The notes beneath the pieces are model-generated. The model saw only the letters and a list, made by a program, of their open reading frames with translations. It did no database searches and was not told the DNA's origin. A stretch of DNA of 63,987 nucleotides, the filler included. It is 7 parts of 7 records of this genome, joined end to end, with 100 filler letters (N's around TTAATTAATTAA, not from the genome) between each part and the next. Parts side by side here need not be neighbours in the genome. Positions count along the whole stretch, not along the records: positions 39,819 to 47,791 come from SRR31147125_87347; positions 47,892 to 57,350 come from SRR31147125_87359; 5 more parts are not named here. One strand, given 5' to 3'. The position numbers and the translations under genes were made by a program. Positions 41,511-51,922 of the stretch are shown one piece after another; within the stretch, counting starts at the first letter, position 1; the number at the start of each line of letters is the position of its first letter.

Positions 41511-42314
41511 ATGAATAGACTGGAAAAACATTTTTTTGAATTACAGCAGAAACAGCAAAAGGCTCTTTTACTATTCATCACAGCAGGTGATCCGGACCTG
41601 CATGAGACACTGAAAATCATGGAAGCCATGGCATTGAATGGAGCAGATTGCATTGAGCTGGGTATCCCCTTTTCTGATCCTATTGCAGATGGGCCGGTTA
41701 TACAAAGATCAACAGCCAGAGCATTACAAAACAAATTCGATTTGAATGACATTTTCAAACTGGTCAAGATATTTCGTACTCGTTTTGATGTTCCCATCGT
41801 ATTAATGGGCTATCTGAATCCGCTAATCCGGTATGGGGTAACAGAATTTGTCATGGAATGCAATAAGAATGGTATCGACGGATTGATTATCGCAGATCTT
41901 CCCTATGAAGAAGGAGAAGAAATTGAAACGATATGTAAGAATAACGAGGTAAATCTAATATACCTGTTAGCCCCAACGAAAGATAATGACAGAACCCATT
42001 CGATCCTGGCTTCTTCCAGTGGCTTTGTTTATTGCGTATCGCATTATGGCACGACCGGAACCAGTCAGGAATTAAATTCGCAGTTGGGTGAAATTGTCCA
42101 GTCGCTAAAACAAAGGACAGAATTACCTGTAGCAGTGGGTTTTGGCATTTCTTCATGTGAGCAGGCAAAAAATGTAGCAAAAATGGCAGATGGAATTATT
42201 GTAGGAAGTTGGCTTGTACAAGAACTGGAGAAATCGAATGATAAGGTGGCAACAGCAGCACATTTTACAAAAACCTTAAAACATGCCCTCACGTCCGCTG
42301 GGGAGCATAATTAA
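41511..42314 (+). CDS. trpA: Tryptophan synthase alpha chain
   Basis: ELGIPFSDPIADGPVIQ, MGYLNP, GTTG, VGFGIS. Confidence 0.98.
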   Translation: MNRLEKHFFELQQKQQKALLLFITAGDPDLHETLKIMEAMALNGADCIELGIPFSDPIADGPVIQRSTARALQNKFDLNDIFKLVKIFRTRFDVPIVLMGYLNPLIRYGVTEFVMECNKNGIDGLIIADLPYEEGEEIETICKNNEVNLIYLLAPTKDNDRTHSILASSSGFVYCVSHYGTTGTSQELNSQLGEIVQSLKQRTELPVAVGFGISSCEQAKNVAKMADGIIVGSWLVQELEKSNDKVATAAHFTKTLKHALTSAGEHN

Positions 42315-42319
42315 CAATA

Positions 42320-42347
42320 AAGGCTATTCCGGTTTCGGGATAGCCTT
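42320..42347. terminator. Terminator hairpin after trpA
   Basis: AAGGCTATTCCG-GTTT-CGGGATAGCCTT. Confidence 0.7.
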
Positions 42348-42482
42348 GTTACCCTATTCATTGGGAATATGATTTTGAAATGCGCGATAACTTTTAAGAT
42401 TATAATTATTTTCGTTAAATATATTCTATACTGCTCATTAAGGGATCAATTTAATCACTGCACATATCAACATCATACAATA

Positions 42483-42793
42483 TTAATACATTTCATTTTC
42501 CATTGACGTGTCTTCGATAGCCATTTCTCCATGTGCTGCCCGGTCATTCACCCGATAGAATTCATCCATAACTTCCTTTTCCAATCTCTGACGGAATTCT
42601 TTTGTAATTGGATGAGCAATATCCCGCTGACTACCATCTTCAGATTTTCTTGATGGCATGCACAAAAGAAAGCCTTTTTTGGCCCTGATTACCTTCAACC
42701 TTTAATCGCAAAAACATTATCAAATGTTATATTAATAAAGGCCCTCAGTTTTTTTTCGTCTCTTAATCTTACACTGATTTCAGTGATTTCCAT
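42483..42793 (-). CDS. spoVG: SpoVG nucleic-acid-binding protein; 1-nt deletion near 42697
   Basis: MEITEISVRLRDEKKLRAFINITFDNVFAIKG then (L)KVIRAKKGFLLCMPSRK..DIAHPIT in the next frame; G-rich RBS. Confidence 0.9.
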
Positions 42794-43260
42794 TGAAAAC
42801 CCCTTCCCTTTAAATGTTGCAACCCATAGACAATGAAAAGGAAATTGTTCATTTTATGAATATTCAGCTTCCCATTATCGACATAATCTCTATTAGATGC
42901 GTATCGTAGCAGAACTGTAGACTGACTATTTTAAGAGTTTCCGAATATCTATTCCGTGTTGAATCAATACTTAATACAAGCATAAGCTCATTTATGCGCA
43001 CGTTTTTTTAAAAAAATATTAATTTTTATTCAGGAAATAGCGTTTTTGTTCATACACCAAAGGCAGCTTATAAGTATTGAAATACAATAAGTTATAATAA
43101 GCACACATTGATCCCGCGAGCTTTTGACTATATTGCAGCATCCATAACACATGCAATTCGATCCAAATTGCATTTAGTAAATTGGGATAAAAACAAACTT
43201 TAATTTGAATGGATTTTGGGGTTGCGAATAAAGGTAAGATAATCGAAAAAAAAGACAGGA

Positions 43261-43411
43261 GGTTGTATCAAAAGTCAAAATTTGAGACCTTTTTAGAACA
43301 AAAACATGCTGACGTATAGAGTGCAGGAATATTATAAACAAAACAACAGTTTTTTTAACCATTAGAATTCGTCAACATAAATTGAAAAGATAAATGACTT
43401 TTGATACAGCC
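43261..43411. mobile_element. 151-bp MITE-like element with 17-bp terminal inverted repeats (IS1182-like ends)
   Basis: GGTTGTATCAAAAGTCA (43261-43277) and TGACTTTTGATACAGCC (43395-43411), 16/17 complementary; no transposase inside. Confidence 0.65.
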
Positions 43412-43425
43412 ATGTGCTTAACTCA

Positions 43426-43950
43426 TCAGCTACCTGAACTTACAGGATTGCAATCGCCATTTTTAACAAAATCATCAAAAGAGACATCCCGCTGCCAACA
43501 CTTTTTATCAATATAGTCTAAAACCTGAACAAATGTCTCAGCCGGCACGAAACCTGGCACCATACTAATAACCTCACCTTTTGAATCAAGAAACGCCAGG
43601 GTGGGAAAACCTCTCACTCCAAAATGTCTTGTTAATTCGACATTACTGTATTTCTTATCCTGGTACGTCAAAGTTGCATTGGCATCCTCAGCATTCAACC
43701 GGATGGTGACAAATTTATCCTTTAACTTTTTGGCAACTGCTGCTTCCTGAAAGGTTTTTTTATCCATTTCTTTGCACCAGTGACACCAATCTGTATAAAA
43801 ATCGACCAGAACGCTTTTATTTTCCTTTTTTGCCTTGGCCATGCCTTCATCAAATTTCAGCCAGTCTTTACCTGCAGAATAGGAATTATTAATCTGAAAG
43901 AAAAAGACAATAGCTACAGCAACAATAAAAAGAAAAGAAAATTTTTTCAT
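43426..43950 (-). CDS. Exported thioredoxin-fold protein (SoxW/DsbD-like)
   Basis: Signal peptide, WCHWC, VRGFPT cis-Pro loop. Confidence 0.9.
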   Translation of the reverse strand: MKKFSFLFIVAVAIVFFFQINNSYSAGKDWLKFDEGMAKAKKENKSVLVDFYTDWCHWCKEMDKKTFQEAAVAKKLKDKFVTIRLNAEDANATLTYQDKKYSNVELTRHFGVRGFPTLAFLDSKGEVISMVPGFVPAETFVQVLDYIDKKCWQRDVSFDDFVKNGDCNPVSSGS

Positions 43951-44332
43951 ACTTTTACCTCGATTATTTAGCCATATAATTTATTAGTTAGATGCATAGC
44001 ACAGTAAAAAGTTCACTATATAATAACAATTCCTGAGAAAAATATCATGTAAATAAACTCTTTTTTTGTAAGGCAGCTGACAATTCTCTGATTTTTTCTT
44101 TTGAATTTTACAAATGCTACTATAATAAACAATAACTTACTATCAGTAAAATTAATGATATTGCGTTTTTTTTCTTGCGAAACACGATAATATACAATAT
44201 ATTTAATTGACCCTGTACCAGCAACAATGCCTGCAAGTTAACCTTTGGCTCTTGTTTAGCAGCCATAGTTATTCCTTATTATTTTTAGTTAAAATTTTTT
44301 ATATCTATCATTTAAAAGCAAGGGGATTAGAG

Positions 44333-46729
44333 ATGGATTCTCGTAAACTATTCGCATGCGTTATTGGGACAATTCTTTTCATTCTGACCTTGTCCAGTAT
44401 CAGTGTTGTTCCAGTCATAGCAGAGACATTCACTGTCATCAATACACAGGATCAAGGTGATGGATCATTAACATGGGCTATGGGTCAGGCAGATGCCAAT
44501 TCCGGACCGGATACGGTTGCATTCGCCCTTTCAAAAGAAGATCCCCATTTTAAATCCAATAATGGCAGTTGGGAAATTAATGTAACCAGTTCATTACCGA
44601 CTCTGTATAATGGAGGCACTTTTATTGACGGTAGCAGCCAATCCGTATTTTCAGGAGAGGATACGAACAGTAACGGTCTTGAAATATTGATTCTGGGTAA
44701 CGAGTCTGTCATTGACGCTCCCGGCCTAACCATTGTATCTGCGGATAATAAATTAAAAGGTCTTTGTATCGGCGGTTTTAATGGGGAAACCATCACTATT
44801 AGCGGAGAGGGCGCCCACCATAACACCATAGAGAATTGTTATATTGGCATTGATGAGAATGGAATATTTGGCTTTAATGTCAATAACAGTATCGGTATTA
44901 CGTTGAAAAATGGTGCTCATCATAATACGATTGGCAGTAGCAGTGCAGACAAACGCAATATCCTATCCGGCTTTTTTTACCAGGCCATTATCATCGACGC
45001 CAGCAATGAAAATATAATTATTGGCAATTATATAGGAGTTGACAAAACAGGTATCGAGCCACTTGGTAACGGTTGGGTTAATTTTGAACGTCATGATTAT
45101 GAAGCACTAAAACCGGGACAATGTAAATCCGGAATACTTTTATTTAGTTGTAGCTCTACAAATCAAATAGGTGGCTCCAATTCCGGTGAAGGTAATATTA
45201 TTAGTGCCAGTGGTCGTGCAGGTATTCGAATTGAAGGCACAGGTACGAACAATAATACCATACAAGGCAATTTCATTGGTCTTGGAGCTGATGGTGAAAC
45301 TGTGTTACCTAACGGAGAATCCGGAATCTGGATATCCATCGGTCCAGCTTATAATATTATTGGCGGTGAAGAGGAAGGCGCTGGTAATGTTATTTCAGGC
45401 AATAAATCGAGTGGGATTCAAATGCGATATACTAATCAATATAACTCTATAATTGGCAATCTGATTGGCACAAATGCAACTGCCACGGGATTACGACCAA
45501 ATGCCCATAATGGTATATATTTCTTTGGAAGTGCAGCAAACGGGTATCCCCAAAACAACATCATTGGTCCTGCTAACATTATTATTGCAAACGGCAATGA
45601 GCGTGCTGAAGAAAATCTAAATTCGACATGGGCAGCTATTAGAATGGATTCATCCGGCACATCTAATAACAGCATTTTGGGAAATTATCTTGGAACAAAT
45701 CCTCAAGGGACCCTGGCCAGCGAATATAATTCCGGTGTCATCATAGGGAGTGGCTCCCATCATAATACAATCGGACCTGATAATATTATTGCCAAAAATA
45801 AAAAATATGGGGTCTGGGTACGTGATGAAAACTCTCTTAGTAACCATATTACACAAAATCTCATATATCATAATGAAAGCGGAGCCATTTATTTACAAAA
45901 TGGCGGAAATGCCATGCTTGAAAAACCAATAATACTCACAGCCGAAGAAACAGGTTTTTCCGGTACGACAATCCCGTCAGGAACGGTCGAAGTTTTTAAT
46001 GGAAATAACCAGGCGAACGTCTATTTAAGAACAGTCATTGCAGACGAAAATGGTGATTTTTCCTGGTCAGGATCGATGAATGCACCTTTTATATCCGCAA
46101 CTGTCACAGATGCGGATGGAAACACATCCATGTTATCGGAGAGCATGTCGCTTCCAGTGGAATTATCATCTTTTAGTGCCATAAAATCAGGTGATGATAA
46201 CGTGTTATTAACCTGGCAAACAGAGTCTGAAACGAATAATCTGGGATTTTATGTACAAAGGAAAAGTGAAGGACAGGAATTTGAAAATATTTCCTTTCTT
46301 TCTGGTTCCGGCACTACAGTGCAATCTCAAAAGTACGAATTTATAGATCAGAATGTGGCTCAAACAACAGTTTATTACCGATTGCGCCAGATTGATTTTG
46401 ACGGTAGTGAATCCTTTTCCCATGAGCTTAAAGTGCAATTAACAGTACCCGAGAATTTCAGTTTAAGCAAGCCATATCCAAATCCATTTAATTCGGAAAC
46501 TGTCTTTTCTTACTCTTTACCTGAAGCTGGTGACATCAAAATATCGATTGTAAATATAAAAGGTCAGACAGTTCGGCTGTTAAAAGAGAATCACATTTCT
46601 GCGGGGGAGCATCGTCAGGCATGGGATGGTCTTGATAACCAGGGGCTGGCTCTTCCAAGCGGACAATATTTTATTCAATTTGAATCGTCAGGCCAAATTC
46701 AAACACAAAAAATAATCATGATAAAGTAG
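44333..46729 (+). CDS. Secreted right-handed beta-helix protein with C-terminal FlgD-Ig / T9SS type A-like sorting domain
   Basis: Signal peptide; repeated NxIxGNxIG and GNxISG; LPVELSSF..WQTESE..YYRLRQIDFDG; YPNPFN..WDG..SGQY tail. Confidence 0.88.
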   Translation: MDSRKLFACVIGTILFILTLSSISVVPVIAETFTVINTQDQGDGSLTWAMGQADANSGPDTVAFALSKEDPHFKSNNGSWEINVTSSLPTLYNGGTFIDGSSQSVFSGEDTNSNGLEILILGNESVIDAPGLTIVSADNKLKGLCIGGFNGETITISGEGAHHNTIENCYIGIDENGIFGFNVNNSIGITLKNGAHHNTIGSSSADKRNILSGFFYQAIIIDASNENIIIGNYIGVDKTGIEPLGNGWVNFERHDYEALKPGQCKSGILLFSCSSTNQIGGSNSGEGNIISASGRAGIRIEGTGTNNNTIQGNFIGLGADGETVLPNGESGIWISIGPAYNIIGGEEEGAGNVISGNKSSGIQMRYTNQYNSIIGNLIGTNATATGLRPNAHNGIYFFGSAANGYPQNNIIGPANIIIANGNERAEENLNSTWAAIRMDSSGTSNNSILGNYLGTNPQGTLASEYNSGVIIGSGSHHNTIGPDNIIAKNKKYGVWVRDENSLSNHITQNLIYHNESGAIYLQNGGNAMLEKPIILTAEETGFSGTTIPSGTVEVFNGNNQANVYLRTVIADENGDFSWSGSMNAPFISATVTDADGNTSMLSESMSLPVELSSFSAIKSGDDNVLLTWQTESETNNLGFYVQRKSEGQEFENISFLSGSGTTVQSQKYEFIDQNVAQTTVYYRLRQIDFDGSESFSHELKVQLTVPENFSLSKPYPNPFNSETVFSYSLPEAGDIKISIVNIKGQTVRLLKENHISAGEHRQAWDGLDNQGLALPSGQYFIQFESSGQIQTQKIIMIK

Positions 46730-46754
46730 GATAATTTTTTTATAGTCACAACCT

Positions 46755-46792
46755 AAAAAACGGGACAATATTATTATTGTCCCGTTTTTTTT
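46755..46792. terminator. Bidirectional intrinsic terminator
   Basis: A6-CGGGACAATA-TTAT-TATTGTCCCG-T8 between convergent genes. Confidence 0.88.
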
Positions 46793-46833
46793 GTTAGTCA
46801 AAGCAGATTCTTTTTGCATATTAGAATACTCTA

Positions 46834-47190
46834 TCAATCATAGGATTTTACCAATCCAATTGCATGGCCCTCCGGATCTTTAAAGACAGCAAAGGTAACC
46901 ATATCTGGTATTTCCGTTTTGGGTATAACAGTCTTTCCTCCCATACTCTCAACTTTTTGTAAACTGGCATCGACATCCTCCACCTCAACATAAAAAATAG
47001 CATGTCCCGGATGCCCTTCCTGAGCAGAGCCAATTCCGCCACCAATACTCCCTTCCCTACCCGCTTTTATCATGCCATAATTTATATCATTATTTGTGTC
47101 AATCTCCCAATCAAATAATCGACTGTAGAAATCCTGTAACTTTTTTGTATCTTTTCCCAGAATTTCAAAATGGACAACAGGCGCAGCCAT
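46834..47190 (-). CDS. VOC/glyoxalase family protein
   Basis: VVHFEI..FYSRLFDW..FYVEVEDVD..GGK..FKDPEGH.IGL. Confidence 0.92.
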   Translation of the reverse strand: MAAPVVHFEILGKDTKKLQDFYSRLFDWEIDTNNDINYGMIKAGREGSIGGGIGSAQEGHPGHAIFYVEVEDVDASLQKVESMGGKTVIPKTEIPDMVTFAVFKDPEGHAIGLVKSYD

Positions 47191-47713
47191 AATGACCCTC
47201 CTTATTTTAAAAATTTGATCTATAAATGAAGAGAGTTGGTTTATTTTTTTTGTACAGCTCGTAAGATCATTACAACTATTTATTCAAGTATATTCCTGAA
47301 ATTGGATTTTTTTCATTTCAAATTCTGTGTTAAAATTTTGAGTTAAATATACAGGTAAAATCCGGATGTTTTTTTTTATTTAACAATAGGTATACATCAC
47401 TTTTAGAAAAATTTGATGCTTTTGCTACTTTTAAAAAGGGACCCTGGAATAACGGTTGGAGTTTTCCCACTCCACGTGTTTGACGAATCTTCTTTCAATA
47501 GAGAAATAATGCCAAAAACATTTCAAAACAGGTGGATTTTTGAAATAATAAAAGCAATAGCCGAATAGTTATTTGGTTGCATTAATGCATTCTTCAGAAC
47601 TATCTAGATTTATTTTGGTTATCAATAAGGATTAATTTTTTCAACCTTAAATTTATCCACCTTATTTTGAAAGGATTTATAACACAAACTATTTCTGGCG
47701 ACTTATGTACGAC

Positions 47714-47752
47714 AAGGGCCATCGAATTGGATGGCCCTTATTTGTTGTATTT
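47714..47752 (+). terminator. Orphan terminator-like hairpin in an AT-rich intergenic region
   Basis: AAGGGCCATC-GAATTG-GATGGCCCTT then ATTTGTTGTATTT. Confidence 0.55.
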
Positions 47753-47791
47753 AATTTTAAAATGAATAATAGTTGAATGTTACATTTTTTT

Positions 47792-47891
47792 NNNNNNNNN
47801 NNNNNNNNNNNNNNNNNNNNNNNNNNNNNNNNNNNTTAATTAATTAANNNNNNNNNNNNNNNNNNNNNNNNNNNNNNNNNNNNNNNNNNNN
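47792..47891. other. Artificial contig spacer
   Basis: N run with TTAATTAATTAA. Confidence 0.99.
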
Positions 47892-48539
47892 GAACGCCCC
47901 CTTTTCATGGCCGAACATTTCTGATTCCATCAAACCGTCGGGTATTGCGGCGCAATTCAGCCTGATATATGGCTTGTCCTTCCGGTTACTGGCGTCATGC
48001 AGAGCCGCGGCGGCCAGTTCCTTTCCGGTCCCCGATTCTCCGGTTATCAGAATACTTGCATCGCTGGGACCAGCCTGCTTTATCAACCGGTACACTTCGA
48101 GCATGGAATTGTTTGACCCTATCAGTTTTTCCCTGCGCTGCAGACAGCTGTCCTCCAGGGAGATGTTCCTGGCTTTGAGGGATTGTACTTCGATGATTCG
48201 GTTTATTCTGATAACGAGATCATCCATGTTGAACGGTTTGAGCAGGTAGTCCGATGCGCCCTGTTTCAGGCAGTCGATTGCGTTATCGACATTGCCGTGG
48301 GCCGTCATCATGATGATGTCAGTATACGGTGTGGTTTCCCGCACATGTTTTAGCAGTTGATTCCCATCCAGATGCGGCATCCGGACGTCGGAGATAACGA
48401 GCTGGTAGCCCTCCTGATCAAGTTTGTCGACGGCTTCCTTTCCGTTGACGGCGGTATCGACCTGCCAGTCGTATTTCTTCAGTCGATCCTGAATGGAGAT
48501 CCTCATTAGGTCGTCGTCTTCAACAAGCAGTATTCTCAT
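47892..48539 (-). CDS. sigma54-dependent (NtrC-family) response regulator, 3'-truncated
   Basis: LLVEDD, SDVRMP, KPF, GESGTGKE, NCAAIP..ESEMFGHEKGAF. Confidence 0.95.
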
Positions 48540-48561
48540 GATCGGTCGATTAAGTTCATGG

Positions 48562-50135
48562 TTAATCAGTGGGTGAGGAGTCGCAGATATCAGAAGCTGG
48601 GAGGGTCAGTGTGAAAACCGCCCCCTCTCCCGGTCTGGATTCAACGGATATGTCGCCCCCCATTTTCTGAATAAGTGAGTAGGTGACGGCCAACCCGAGC
48701 CCGGTTCCCTGTCCGATGTCCTTGGTAGTGAAAAACGGGTCGAAAATCCTGTCCTTGATTTCCGCCGCAATACCGGTACCGGTGTCGGTGAAAGAAATCT
48801 CGATCATGTCGCCGAGGCGGCGACTCACGACACGGAGCTGCCCGCCATCAGGCATAGCCTGGACGGCATTGAGACCGATATTGACGATGATCTGCTTAAG
48901 CGCTTCCGCATCCATGCAGTAGCTCTGGCCGATGTTCAGATCGAGCACCACGTCGATATTTTTCATACGGTACCCGAGGAGCGCAAGACACTCTCTAATG
49001 TCGTTGTCGATTGCAATCTTCCGGAGTTGCAGCGGTTCATTTCTTCCGAAGTTAAGGAGTTGACGCATGATAGATTCGATCTGATGTAGCCCCTTGTTCA
49101 GCAGAGGCAGGTAGCGATCCTGCATGTCCCTGTCATGGGGATCGTCTTGCATGTTTTTGACACAGTTGAGCAGTCCGCCGAGCGGATTGTTGATTTCGTG
49201 GGCAATGCCTGCGGTAATCTGGCCCAGCGCGGCCATTTTTTCATTATAGAATGCGTGCTCATGTGCCTGGTCGAGTCTCTTGCCGGAGTGTTCCAGTCGC
49301 TCGCACAAGGCAGAAAAACGCGATGATAGCCTGCCGATTTCGTCCTCGCCGCCGGGCAGCATCAGGGTCGGATTGGCAATATCCGGGTAGCTGTCCATTG
49401 CCTGTTCGAGTCTGGAGAGTCTGCCGGTGACCAGCGCGTTGAACAGCACATAGACGACCGCCGTAACGATTATCACGGAAAGAATTCCCAGTATAAGGAT
49501 CTTTCCCACGTTTTTCCGTATGACCGTATCGGCCCATTCGATCGGTATCGAGATGGAGAGCGCCCCCCTGATGTCGCCGACCTTGTACCCGTGTTCCTGG
49601 TGACAGCTCATACAGGAACTCTTTACGTACAATGGGGCGATATAGCGGAGCGTTTTCTGCCCCCGGACGATTCGATCTGGATGTGTTCGTCGACCGGAGC
49701 CCGATTAAAGAGTTCGAGACTGTCGCGTTCGAAACCATCCGGTTCATTGGCCGGATTGACCGGTTTGAGGCTGGTAACCCGAAACCAGCCATACCCCTCG
49801 TGGCTTGCGTAGTCAGACAACTCCCTGGTCACCATCGCAGGGTTTCTCTTGACCAGCGTGACACCGCTGTCAGTCTTTATGTTGGGAGCGTGAAGGTAGG
49901 GATTTTCCCGGATGTCATCGGTCTTTACGACGAAAAGTCCCTGGTGATCGGAAATCCACTGTCTGGTCAGCAGCAGCTGGCGGTGGAGCATCCGGGCCTG
50001 GTGTTTGGCCTGGCCGATAATGAGGTCGTTCTGGAGTTCGACCATGTACGTGAGGATCAGGCCGAATGAAACGGTCAATACGGAACAGATGACGAGGATG
50101 AAGCGGTATTTGAGTTTCTTGAATTTTCTTGCCAT
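48562..50135 (-). CDS. Sensor histidine kinase with periplasmic DUF3365/Tll0287-like heme-c domain and HAMP; frameshift at C5 (49660-49664)
   Basis: TSLKPVNPANEPDGFE, (LRYIAPLY)VKSSCMSCH, GDIRGA; AHEINNP H-box, NAVQA, DTGTG, PFFTTK, GTGLGL. Confidence 0.9.
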
Positions 50136-50391
50136 GGCCGTTCCCCAGCTCCTGAAACGCTATCGTTTCGTATCCGTTACTGGCATATTTACCACGAAAC
50201 GTATCAGTTTTTCCACGGGTAATTGTTACTGAGTGGTAACGTCGCGCGGATGGTTCAACGCACGTGCGTTTATAGAATTATTTGATTTTCGACCGATTGT
50301 TTGTTATCACCACAGACCAGTGCATTTCAGGCCGCCTGTCATTGTGGATGACGACAGTGCAATACGTTAACAATCTGAAGGGGAGAGATGT

Positions 50392-51417
50392 ATGCGTTCA
50401 AAATGGAGTGGTGTAATTATTGCGCTTGTCGCGTTGGCCCTGGTTCTTCCGCTGAGCGCCGGTGCCGCGTACAAGGACGAATACAAGATGAGCGTGGTGG
50501 TCGGGTCCAAGCTGCCATGGGGGCAGGGCGCCGAACGGTTTGCCCAGCTTGTGCGCGAACGTACGGATGGGCGGATCAACATCAAAGTCTACGCATCCTC
50601 ATCTTTGATGGCAGGGAAACAGACGAACGAGTTCCTGATCCACCGTCAGGGTGTCGCTGATTTCTGCCTGGCTTCGACGATCAACTGGTCGACGACCATC
50701 AAGGAGTTGAACCTGTTTAATCTGCCGTTTTTCTTCCCTGACTACAAGGCTCTCGATGCGGTAACCCAGGGTGAGGTCGGAAAGGAAATTGGCGAGACTC
50801 TCAAAGCGAAAGGGGTTACGCTGTTGGCATGGGGCGAGAACGGTTTTCGCGAAATGACCAACTCGAAGCGTGCGGTTGCAAAGCCTGAAGATATGGAAGG
50901 TATGAAGATCAGGGTTGTCGGCACGCCGATATTCATCGAAACGATGAAGGCTCTTGGTGCCAATCCGGTCAACATGAACTGGGGTGACGCGCAGGTTGCC
51001 TTTCAGCAGGGTGTTGTCGACGGCCAGGAGAATCCTGTTGTTGCGATCGAGATTCCAGTAAAAATATGGCAGTTCCACAAGTATATCACCGTCTGGCACT
51101 ACGTCATTGATCCGCTCATGCTGACCGTTAATAACAAAGTGCTGGCAACGTTCACCCCTGAAGACCAGGCCATCATCAAGGAGGCTGCCCTCGAGGCCGG
51201 TGCGGAACAGATCGCCGTCGTGCGCAAGGGCCTGATTGCTCCCGATCACTCCGCGTTCGATCTGCTGCGTGAAAACGGGATGGAGGTTACCTTCGTTGAG
51301 GAAGCTGCCCGCACATCATTTTTCGAGAAGACTACCCCCGTCAGAGAAAAGTGGACCGAGACGATCGGCCCCGATCTGGTAGATAAGGCGCAGAGCGCGA
51401 TCGATGCCAGCCGGTAA
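50392..51417 (+). CDS. dctP: TRAP transporter substrate-binding protein
   Basis: Signal peptide, GENGFR, GMKIRV, LGANP, VDGQENP. Confidence 0.93.
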   Translation: MRSKWSGVIIALVALALVLPLSAGAAYKDEYKMSVVVGSKLPWGQGAERFAQLVRERTDGRINIKVYASSSLMAGKQTNEFLIHRQGVADFCLASTINWSTTIKELNLFNLPFFFPDYKALDAVTQGEVGKEIGETLKAKGVTLLAWGENGFREMTNSKRAVAKPEDMEGMKIRVVGTPIFIETMKALGANPVNMNWGDAQVAFQQGVVDGQENPVVAIEIPVKIWQFHKYITVWHYVIDPLMLTVNNKVLATFTPEDQAIIKEAALEAGAEQIAVVRKGLIAPDHSAFDLLRENGMEVTFVEEAARTSFFEKTTPVREKWTETIGPDLVDKAQSAIDASR

Positions 51418-51437
51418 TCGGTGTCGCTGAGGGACTT

Positions 51438-51922
51438 GTGGGACGTACCGTGCAGAAAATAGGGTGGTTCGCCGAACATTTCGAGGAAGTGTTCGGCGCC
51501 GCCCTGCTCGGAGCCATGGCAATTCTGGCAATGGCCAACGTGGTAACCAGGTATGTGATCCAACTGCCGCTGGCATTCACCGAAGAGCTTGAGGTGAATG
51601 CGATGGTGTGGCTGACACTGCTTGGAGCAGCAGCCGCGTTCAGGAAAAGAAAGCATCTCCGGCTCCTTTTTTCCTCAACTCTCTGCCGCACTCAGTCCAG
51701 TATCTGATCGAACGAGCGGTTGGGGTATTGTCCGCCGGTCTCTTCTGCTATCTCGGCTATCTCGGCTATCTGCAGCTACTCGATGAACGGTTGCTTGAAA
51801 TCACCAGCGAGTCTCTCGGTTATCCGCAGTGGATGTATACGGTGGCCATTCCTGGCGGCTGTTTTATCGTGGTTGCGAGAATCGTCCAGGCGGAAATCCG
51901 CTGTTTCAGGGAGCGGGACTAA
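51438..51922 (+). CDS. dctQ: TRAP small permease; frameshift at T6 (51667-51672)
   Basis: NVVTRY..FTEEL..VWLTLLGAA..H; second half in another frame, ending at a TAATG overlap with dctM. Confidence 0.88.

Noticed and set aside
42690-42702. In-frame TGA in spoVG as selenocysteine
   Set aside because: The downstream conserved sequence is in another frame; one missing T restores G-L-K
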